From Candidatus Methylomirabilis sp. (lineage in GTDB: Bacteria; Methylomirabilota; Methylomirabilia; Methylomirabilales; Methylomirabilaceae): DNA of 10,461 nucleotides. Both the position numbers and the translations under genes were made by a program. Shown here piece by piece: positions 1 to 6,396 of this stretch. The stretch's first letter is position 1, and every line of letters starts with the position of its first letter. Location: NCBI GenBank assembly GCA_041498975.1, contig JBGQJI010000086.1, positions 1 through 10,461 on the forward strand, written 5' to 3'. The notes under the pieces were generated by a model. That model did no database searches, was not told the origin of the DNA, and saw nothing but the letters and a program-made list of their open reading frames with translations.

Positions 1-1020
1 ATCATCGCCGTGGACCTTCAGGAGCGGGTGACCGCTCTGAATCGAGTCGTGGAGACCAGAGATGGCATCACATCGGCAGAGGTAATCGGACGCCCCTTGG
101 CCGACGTGTTACCCGCGTTTGAGAAGGAAGGGGTGATAGAGGTCCTGCGTGGGGTGCTCCGGGGGGAGTCGGATGAGATGCACTTGCGAGAGTTGGAGCA
201 TCAGACCCAGAAGGGGGGGCGGCTCATCGTCAACATCGATGGCTATCCATTGCGAGATGCCAAAGGAGAGCTGCGTGGCGCCGTGATCGTCATCGAGGAT
301 GTGACGAGCCGCGTGGCCCTGGAGCGCCAGATGCGCCAGGCGGAGAAGCTGAGCGCCATGGGCACGCTCTCGGCCGGCGTCGCGCATGAGATCAACAACC
401 CGCTAGGAGTCATCACCTCCCGCGTCGAGGTGGCCCTGATGGAAGCCGAAGGGATGGACATCCCGAAGCAGCTCATCGAGGACCTGAAAGTGATCGACAA
501 GCACGCTCACCGCGCGGCCCGAGTCACCCAAGGACTCCTGTCCTTTTCCCGTCCGGCGGCAGGGCGCTTGCGGCCGCTGGATCTGAATACCGTTATAGAA
601 GAGACCCTCCTGCTGGTCGAGAAGCAGCTCGAGAAGGAGAGAATTCTCCTCGAGCGACGCCTGACGCCTGATCTGCCAAATGTTGTGGGGAACGCCGGGC
701 AGCTCGAACAAGTGTTGCTAAACCTGCTCACCAATGCTCGGGAGGCGATGACGAGCGGCGGCCGGATCCGTATAGAAAGTCGCCCGACGCAGGACGGGGC
801 GGGTGTCCAGCTCCTGATCGCCGACACCGGGGAGGGGATCCCCGATGAGCTGGTGCAGCGGATCTTCGATCCGTTCTTCACGACCAAAGAGAGCGGCACC
901 GGACTGGGCCTATCCATCACCTACGGGATCGTCAAAGAGCACGGCGGGACCCTGAACGTCGAGAGCGAGGTGGGGAGGGGGACGATGTTTACGATCACGT
1001 TGCCGGCGGGAGACCGATAG
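1..1020 (+). CDS. PAS-domain sensor histidine kinase (NtrB/AtoS-like HisKA + HATPase_c), 5'-truncated by the window edge
   Basis: The frame is open from base 1 (IIAVDLQERV..., a PAS start). PAS/PAC end IEDVT. H-box AGVAHEINNPL, N-box QVLLNLLTNAREA, G1 DTGEGI, F-box FDPFFTTK, G2 GTGLGL. Confidence 0.96.
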   Translation: MIAVDLQERVTALNRVVETRDGITSAEVIGRPLADVLPAFEKEGVIEVLRGVLRGESDEMHLRELEHQTQKGGRLIVNIDGYPLRDAKGELRGAVIVIEDVTSRVALERQMRQAEKLSAMGTLSAGVAHEINNPLGVITSRVEVALMEAEGMDIPKQLIEDLKVIDKHAHRAARVTQGLLSFSRPAAGRLRPLDLNTVIEETLLLVEKQLEKERILLERRLTPDLPNVVGNAGQLEQVLLNLLTNAREAMTSGGRIRIESRPTQDGAGVQLLIADTGEGIPDELVQRIFDPFFTTKESGTGLGLSITYGIVKEHGGTLNVESEVGRGTMFTITLPAGDR

Positions 1021-1039
1021 GGACCCGGGAGAGGGAGCG

Positions 1040-2413
1040 ATGTCCAAGTTGGGCCGAGTGCTCGTGGTCGATGACGAGGTGGACATGCTGGAGAACTGCG
1101 CTCGACTCCTGTCGCGCCTGGGATACGAGGTTCTGACGGAGGCCGAGAGCGCCAAAGCCTCTCTGCTGTACGAGCGGGAGCGGCCCGATCTGGTCCTCAC
1201 CGACCTCCGGATGCAGAGCCTTGACGGCCTTGGCGTCCTCAGCGCGATCCGCGCCATCGATCCCGAGGCCACAGTGATCCTGTTCACCGCGTTTGCCACC
1301 ATCGAGACCGCCGTGGAGGCGATGAAAGAGGGTGCGTTCGACTACTTGCCCAAGCCGTTCTCAGCCGATCAGCTCCGGGTGTGCATCGAGCGAGCGATGG
1401 AGCAGCGTCGCTTGCGGGAAGAGAACCGGCGCCTCCTGGCGCAACTTACCGAGACCTATCGCTTCGATAACATCATCGGGACGAGCCTGCCGATGCTTCA
1501 GGTCTTCGAGACCATCAAGAAGGTTGCGAAGAGCGAGGCCAACATCCTGATCGTCGGAGAGACAGGGACCGGAAAGGAGCTGATCGCCAGGAGCCTCCAC
1601 GTCAACAGCCGCCGGGCGACGGGCCCTTTTATCCCGGTTGATTGTGCCTCCCTCCCAGAGAACTTGCTGGAGAGCGAGCTGTTCGGCCATGAGAAGGGTG
1701 CATTTACGGGGGCGCAGGCCACCCGTCCCGGGCTGTTTGAATTCGCCAACGGAGGGACCATCTTTCTGGACGAGGTGGGCGACATCAGTTTGAACCTGCA
1801 GGCCAAGCTGCTCAGGGTGCTTCAGGAGCGCGAGGTGAGGCGGGTCGGGTCGAACCGGATCATCGAAGTGGACGTGCGCGTCATCTCTGCCACCAACCGC
1901 GACCTGGCTCAGTCAGTTTCCACAGGCCAGTTTCGCGAAGACCTCTACTATCGCCTGAACGTCATTTCTATCCCGCTGCCGCCCCTTCGCGACCGCAAAG
2001 GCGATATCCCGCTGATCGCCCACTACTACCTCAAGAAGTATGCGGCCAGCAGCGGGAAGGAAGTCAGGGGGATCATGCCCGAGGCGATGCGGTTGCTGGA
2101 GGAGCATGCCTGGCCGGGAAATGTCCGTGAGCTCCAGAACGTCATTGAGCGCGCGGTGGTCCTGGCTGAACACGAGATGCTGCGTCCGCAAGAGCTGCCA
2201 GAGCACATCCGCATCAAGGTCGAGGCGGCCTCCCCCAAGGACCTTCCATTAAAGCGGGCCAAGGAACAGTGGGCCGCCTCGTTCGAGCGGGACTACCTGA
2301 TCCAGCTTCTCAAGCGGCACGACGGCAATATCTCTCAGGCGGCAAAGACCGCTGGCGTGGACCGCAAGACGGTCCATCGTCTCATGAAAAAGTATGGCAT
2401 CAAGCTTTCGTAG
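1040..2413 (+). CDS. Sigma54-dependent response regulator (REC-AAA+-Fis HTH; NtrC/AtoC/ZraR family)
   Basis: Receiver motifs LVVDDE, LTDLRM (phospho-Asp) and KPF. Walker A GETGTGKE, intact GAFTGA, Walker B IFLDEVG, WPGNVRELQN. C-terminal HTH GNISQAAKTAGVDRKTV. SD-like GGAGAGGGAG upstream; starts 19 nt after the kinase stop. Confidence 0.97.
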   Translation: MSKLGRVLVVDDEVDMLENCARLLSRLGYEVLTEAESAKASLLYERERPDLVLTDLRMQSLDGLGVLSAIRAIDPEATVILFTAFATIETAVEAMKEGAFDYLPKPFSADQLRVCIERAMEQRRLREENRRLLAQLTETYRFDNIIGTSLPMLQVFETIKKVAKSEANILIVGETGTGKELIARSLHVNSRRATGPFIPVDCASLPENLLESELFGHEKGAFTGAQATRPGLFEFANGGTIFLDEVGDISLNLQAKLLRVLQEREVRRVGSNRIIEVDVRVISATNRDLAQSVSTGQFREDLYYRLNVISIPLPPLRDRKGDIPLIAHYYLKKYAASSGKEVRGIMPEAMRLLEEHAWPGNVRELQNVIERAVVLAEHEMLRPQELPEHIRIKVEAASPKDLPLKRAKEQWAASFERDYLIQLLKRHDGNISQAAKTAGVDRKTVHRLMKKYGIKLS

Positions 2414-2533
2414 GGGACCGGCCCCTGGATCGTTCCCCTTTTGGCCGAAACCGAATGTCCTCCGGGAGGAAGTGGGGTAGAGTTCGGAGCGCTAGGGGCC
2501 GAGGAGGGCGCTGCATAGGCATCGGCTAAGGCC

Positions 2534-3036
2534 TAGTGCCGTTCCAGCTTGTTGCGGCTAATCGCCGACAGGTGTCCTGCTAAGAATTATCGCTTGCCTT
2601 AGCCTCACCATTGTGGCGTAACTCATACAATTACACTACGAACGTGCCATTACTTCGAAAGTCCCCCTCACGCGTGTCATTGCGAGGAGGGAAACCCCTC
2701 GCCTGTCATTGCGAGGAGCGGAGCGACCCTTCGGGTATCCTCAGGGCAGGCTCCGCAATCTGACCTGCAAGGCCTGCCCTGAGCCGAGTCGAAGGGTCAT
2801 TCCGAGCACATTCGCTTCGCTCAGTGTAAACTGCGCGAGGAATCTCGGGAATTGCGGAGCCTGCCCCGAGCAATGCCGAGGGGGCTGCGCCTCGCAACGA
2901 CACTCCGTGTCGGATTGCCACCCCTTCGCGGAGTTTATCCTGAGCGAAGCCGAAGGGCTCTGGGCTTCGGCTTATTTGGTCGCTCGCAATGACAATGTAA
3001 CACTTTAATGCGTTTGACATAGTTGGAACGGCACTA
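2534..3036. mobile_element. Non-autonomous MITE-like element, long copy (~503 bp)
   Basis: TAGTGCCGTTCCAGCT (2534-2549) and AGTTGGAACGGCACTA (3021-3036) form a 15/16 inverted repeat with TA at both ends. 2533-2621 aligns to 4129-4221 (75/89 by hand, one 4-nt gap). No transposase inside. Confidence 0.8.
2675..2994. repeat. Nested cluster of REP-like palindromes (TGTCATTGCGAG ... CTCGCAATGACA)
   Basis: TGTCATTGCGAGGAG at 2675 and 2704; GTCATTCCGAGC at 2796; CTCGCAACGACA at 2891; CTCGCAATGACA at 2983. 2704-2759 and 2851-2902 are imperfect inverted repeats. Five copies of a ~25-nt CCCTTCG-N6-CTCAGGGYARRCT-like submotif. Confidence 0.88.
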
Positions 3037-3159
3037 ATCTCCGTGAACGCTTCCTGCGTGGGGTGGTCCTTGCCGAGTAGCCCGGAAAGAGCCGAGCGCG
3101 ATATGCGCTGCCAGCAACCAGGGGAAGAGCACCAACGCAACCACAAGCGTATACATCAT
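3034..3159 (-). CDS. Putative small membrane protein, 40-41 aa (MMYTLVVALVLFPWLLAAHIALGSFRATRQGPPHAGSVHGD)
   Basis: Translated by hand. SD AGGAG lies 6 nt before the second ATG (3156). About 20 hydrophobic residues are followed by a basic stretch. It lies downstream of a consensus sigma54 promoter, and its TAG stop coincides with the MITE end. Confidence 0.55.
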   Translation of the reverse strand: MMYTLVVALVLFPWLLAAHIALGSFRATRQGPPHAGSVHGD

Positions 3160-3269
3160 CAGCTCCTGTGACGTTTCAGAGCGATTTCACACATCGACCC
3201 GCCTGTTGGCCTGCTCCCCCTCCTAGTGAAGACTCGCCGAGCCGAGTGTGCTATTGGTGACCCAGTCAC
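3159..3269 (-). CDS. Possible 36-aa leader/small ORF (VTGSPIAHSARRVFTRRGSRPTGGSMCEIALKRHRS)
   Basis: Strong SD AAAGGAGG 5 nt before GTG (3269); the same GGAGGCCAAG precedes the cupin start. Its TGA overlaps the next ATG (TGATG). No recognisable protein features. Confidence 0.3.
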   Translation of the reverse strand: MTGSPIAHSARRVFTRRGSRPTGGSMCEIALKRHRS

Positions 3270-3361
3270 CTTGGCCTCCTTTTCTTCCCCAGTTTGTCTC
3301 TCGGATCAGGCGCATCCGTTTCGATTCAGCGACGTCGGTTAGCGTCAGCTCGGATGAAAGC

Positions 3362-3376
3362 GCAACCTCCGTGCCA
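3362..3376 (-). promoter_or_regulatory. Sigma54 (RpoN) -24/-12 promoter
   Basis: The - strand reads TGGCACGGAGGTTGC, an exact match to TGGCACG-N4-TTGC with correct GG-N10-GC spacing. Intergenic; predicted +1 near 3350. Confidence 0.8.
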
Positions 3377-3403
3377 CCTCGAGGGGGAACTGTCCACGGC
3401 GAT

Positions 3404-3416
3404 AAAGTTCTTGATT
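3404..3416 (-). promoter_or_regulatory. IHF-like binding site upstream of the sigma54 promoter
   Basis: The - strand reads AATCAAGAACTTT, one mismatch from WATCAANNNNTTR, at about -55 to -65 relative to the predicted start. Confidence 0.5.
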
Positions 3417-3551
3417 TTTCATGCGTTGGGTTGAGATCCCAAAGGGCGGGTTTTCGAGAGAGGTCGGCTTTCGGTGTAGGTGAGAATGTAAGCTTTACAC
3501 GGTAACTTTGGGCGGGAGTGGAGTCTGATCAGAGGAGGAAGTATGACCCCT

Positions 3552-4016
3552 TCATCGGATGGTGTGGAGAAGCTCTTGCGCAAGGACCTGGGCCTTGTCT
3601 GCCAGATTGAAGGCCTTGAGGAAGTCCTCGGTTGAAATAGCCTCTTTTGCCTTCGAGAGGAAGCTCTGAATAGTGAGAAAGGTTTCCTCCTGTTCCTTTG
3701 CTAGCTTTTTTTGATCGATCTGTTTGATCATCTGTTCTGTCCCCTCGACCCTCGCTTCAGCCTCCTGCCTCAGCAAATCTGCCTCCGCCTGGCCGACCTG
3801 GGGAGAGAGCAGGGGAGGAGGAGGGGGCGGCGGCGGGGGTGGCGCCTCCTTTTTCGCGGGGCGCGGTGTGGAAGGAACCTGAGATGGAGGCGGCAGCTTT
3901 TTCACAGGCCGTGCCTTAGGAGGAGTCGGAGCTGGTGTCGGCGGCACGACGGCCTGTTTTTCGGCGCAGCCCGCCGCCATTACTGCGATCAGCAGAGCAC
4001 AGCACAGCGCTCTCAT
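3552..4016 (-). CDS. Proline-rich lipoprotein of unknown function (~154 aa) with helical C-terminal domain
   Basis: MRALCCALLIAVMAAG|C is a signal peptide with lipobox. It is followed by a Pro/Lys-rich linker with a polyproline run and an amphipathic helical C-terminus (TIQSFLSKAKEAI...AFNLADKAQVLAQEL). Start moved from the track's 4211, which lies inside the MITE; ATG 4043 is an alternative. Confidence 0.85.
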   Translation of the reverse strand: MRALCCALLIAVMAAGCAEKQAVVPPTPAPTPPKARPVKKLPPPSQVPSTPRPAKKEAPPPPPPPPPPLLSPQVGQAEADLLRQEAEARVEGTEQMIKQIDQKKLAKEQEETFLTIQSFLSKAKEAISTEDFLKAFNLADKAQVLAQELLHTIR

Positions 4017-4129
4017 CGTTCGCCCTTCTGCAACCCGCTTCATCCGGCCCCAAGACATCTCTTTCTGCCTGGTCAAGGACTCCCCTGGGCAACTGACGAT
4101 GTCGCTCAGTCCTGCGAGCTTGCCTACGC

Positions 4130-4239
4130 TAGTGCCGCTCCAACTTGCTGCAGCCCATCGCCGACAGACACGTGTCATGCCAAGAACGATCGCTTGCCCT
4201 AACCTCACCATTCTGGGGTAAAGAGTTGGAACGGCATTA
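4130..4239. mobile_element. Non-autonomous MITE-like element, short copy (110 bp)
   Basis: TAGTGCCGCTCCAACT (4130-4145) and AGTTGGAACGGCATTA (4224-4239) form a 14/16 inverted repeat. About 84% identical to the left ~90 bp of the long copy, in the same orientation. Confidence 0.8.
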
Positions 4240-5340
4240 GGACCGTTGCTTGCCCTGTTTCTGCTTGTACATCATTATATCGGCCTGGGCCAGCAGGTCA
4301 TCAATGGAGCAGGGATTCGCGGCATCGTAGCGGGCGATCCCCGCACTGATAGACAGCGTGTATCGGCGATCCCCCTTCGCGTTCCGGGCATCGAGGTTCT
4401 CCTGCAGACGAGACCGAAGAATCTTGGCGCTGTCCTTGTGCGCCTCGATGGTGATGATCGCAAACTCATCCCCCCCGATGCGGGCAATGATGTCCGCCTC
4501 GCGAAAAGTCTCTTTGAGGATCGTTGCGGTCTCGATCAATGCCAGGTCTCCTTCGCGGTGTCCCAGGGTATCATTGATCCGCTTCATGTCATCGAGGTCG
4601 GCAAAAAGAATGAGCATTCCTCGCTTCATCCGGTCGGCAATCTTCACCTGCTGTTCGGCCAGGAAGAGGAATCCTCGCCGGTTGTAGAGGCCTGTCAGAT
4701 CATCGACGAGTGACAGGGAGCGGAGTTCACCCGTCATCCGATTCGCGAGACCCATCGCGACAAACCACGCCAGGGACAGGGCGATGCCGGCAACGGCGAG
4801 GCTTTGTTTCAGGCCTTCGTTCAGCTCTCGTCTCAAAAGGCTCGTGGCGATACCGAGCGTGATCCTCCCGAAAGGCTTGCCGTCGAGATTCAAGGGGAGC
4901 GATGCCTCGTAGATCTTTCCCTCCTGGTACAGGCCCTGGAACCGGCTGACGAGATCGAGAGCGAGGAGCTGTCGGAGGCTCGTCCTCTCCAGCGCGCTCG
5001 AGCCCTCCTTGTCCCGCTCGCTGTGGAGCACCGTCCTCCCTTTCCGGTCGGCGATCAGCGCGTACAGGAGGTGAGGGGAATATCCGACACTCGCGTCGAA
5101 CAGGCTCCTCAGCTCCGGATCTCTCCTGAGGATCTCGTCGGGGGTCCTGCCCCGGCCCTGGGAAAGAGAGCGGCGACTTTGCGCATAGATCTGATCTGCG
5201 ATCAGCTCGGCCTGTCGCAACGCCTCCTGGACGACGACCCTCGTCAACTGGGAGAGGTGGATGAGCGTCGTCGCTGCCACCACCAGAACCGTTAGAAGGG
5301 TGATGGCCAGGGTTTCCTTAACCTTTAGACCGAACCGCAT
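4237..5340 (-). CDS. Membrane-bound diguanylate cyclase (TM-extracytoplasmic sensor-TM-GGDEF)
   Basis: DDLTGLYNRR, FADLDDMKRINDTLGHREGD, intact ARIGGDEF, I-site RxxD (READ), ADIMMYKQK. Two hydrophobic segments flank a ~150-aa Cache/PAS-like region (LYALIADRKGRTVLHS). ATG 5340 is preferred over TTG 5355. Confidence 0.94.
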   Translation of the reverse strand: MRFGLKVKETLAITLLTVLVVAATTLIHLSQLTRVVVQEALRQAELIADQIYAQSRRSLSQGRGRTPDEILRRDPELRSLFDASVGYSPHLLYALIADRKGRTVLHSERDKEGSSALERTSLRQLLALDLVSRFQGLYQEGKIYEASLPLNLDGKPFGRITLGIATSLLRRELNEGLKQSLAVAGIALSLAWFVAMGLANRMTGELRSLSLVDDLTGLYNRRGFLFLAEQQVKIADRMKRGMLILFADLDDMKRINDTLGHREGDLALIETATILKETFREADIIARIGGDEFAIITIEAHKDSAKILRSRLQENLDARNAKGDRRYTLSISAGIARYDAANPCSIDDLLAQADIMMYKQKQGKQRS

Positions 5341-5438
5341 CGACGACACCGCCAAGATGAGAACTATTGCGCAGGGCCTTCAGGCAGATCTTTTCAGCCA
5401 GGCTGGACGGTTGTATTTCTGCCGATTATGAGGGCGCC

Positions 5439-5717
5439 TCATGAGGCCACCCTCCGGTAGCCATAGATCCAGCGAGCAGTGGTGGGCCCGACATTTCGCA
5501 CCGTATGGACCACGCCGGCCGGGATCAGCACCTCCTCGCCAATGGCCGGACGGAAAGTCCGGCCTTGCAGTTCGAGCTCCATCTCTCCTTCGACCACGAT
5601 GAGCACCTCATCCACATTGTGGATATAATTTCGCCATACTTGACCGGGAGGGTCGGTCAAGTGACCGCAGCTAAACCCTCGGGTATGCAAGTCCCGCTCC
5701 ATCTTCGCTCTGTCCAT
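5439..5717 (-). CDS. Small cupin-domain protein
   Basis: Motif 1-like H-NVDE-VLIVVEGEM and motif 2 GEEVLIPAGVVHTVRN. SD GGAGG 5 nt upstream of the ATG. Confidence 0.92.
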   Translation of the reverse strand: MDRAKMERDLHTRGFSCGHLTDPPGQVWRNYIHNVDEVLIVVEGEMELELQGRTFRPAIGEEVLIPAGVVHTVRNVGPTTARWIYGYRRVAS

Positions 5718-5730
5718 CTTGGCCTCCGGT

Positions 5731-6343
5731 TCAGCGAAGCTCCATGGGCGCGTGCGGGGGAGTGACCCATTTGACGCTCTGTGCCTCCACGGAGGGGGCC
5801 CGCCGAGCGTCCCCGGTAAAGCTCGGATAGATCACGATTCCAAGAGACTTCCCCTGCACGGCAATCACCTGATCCTTCCAGACCAAGACACTTTCCTCGG
5901 ACAGGAATAAGAAGGTCTCGCCCGTTAAGAGGTGCTGGACTCGGCCTCTTCTTCGTCCATCCTCCATCTCGTGAATGTCCACCACCGTCCCCGTCCACGC
6001 GACCGACGGCCCGATGAGCCTGTTTGGCGACCTCAGGGCCTTTTCAAGATCGATCTGGGCGTTCGATAAGTCCGGAGGGGGCCGGCTGTTTCTGAGCAGC
6101 ACCACCAACAGGCGTCCCCTCCTGAAGCGATTCAGCATTTCCCTTCGAGGTGGCGGGCGGCCGCCCTCCGGCGGAATAGCCGGTCTGAAAGGATTCCACC
6201 GGATCTTGCGGCGCCGCGCGGCTGTTGAGTTGGGCCGTGAGCTGGTGGAGGTAGCCGGCGAACGCGTGTCCTCCGGCCAACAGTCCAGAGAGCATCGGCG
6301 AGGCCGGGGAGACGATCCAGTACCCGATGTCCATGGCATCCAT
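5731..6343 (-). pseudogene. Frameshifted or split gene: hydrophobic N-terminus, low-complexity linker, probable OB-fold C-terminal domain
   Basis: SD GGAGAGGAG precedes ATG 6343, but that frame ends at 6044. The protein-like domain (LEKALRSPNRLIGPSVAWTGTVVDI...IAVQGKSLGIVIYPSFTGDARRAPSVEA) lies in the other frame, ending at 5731. An independent start at ATG 6138 is possible. Confidence 0.5.
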
Positions 6344-6396
6344 GATGCTCCTCTCCCGAGACGGTGGGAGCAGAATGAGTGAGGGGCAACCCCCCT

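Noticed and set aside
2412..2442. Intrinsic terminator after the response regulator
   Set aside because: The stems are short and ambiguous (AGGGG/CCCCT) with only four T, too weak to call.
2635..2649. Sigma54-like TGGCACGTTCGTAGT on the - strand (similar near-misses at ~4168-4182 and ~7335-7349)
   Set aside because: All have GT instead of the conserved -12 GC.
2675..2994. CRISPR array
   Set aside because: The repeats are in mixed orientation, nested and irregularly spaced, with no unique equal-length spacers and no cas genes in the window.
2706..3146. ORFs 2709..3008 (+) and 2706..3146 (-)
   Set aside because: They are translations of the palindromic repeat and MITE sequence, with no protein-like motifs.
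3248..3505. 85-aa + strand ORF
   Set aside because: No recognisable features, and it runs antisense across the sigma54 promoter region.
3811..3843. GGA/GGC-rich tandem run
   Set aside because: Explained by the polyproline codons of the lipoprotein.
4017..4211. N-terminal extension of the lipoprotein ORF in the track
   Set aside because: It begins inside the short MITE, and the signal peptide and lipobox start at 4016.
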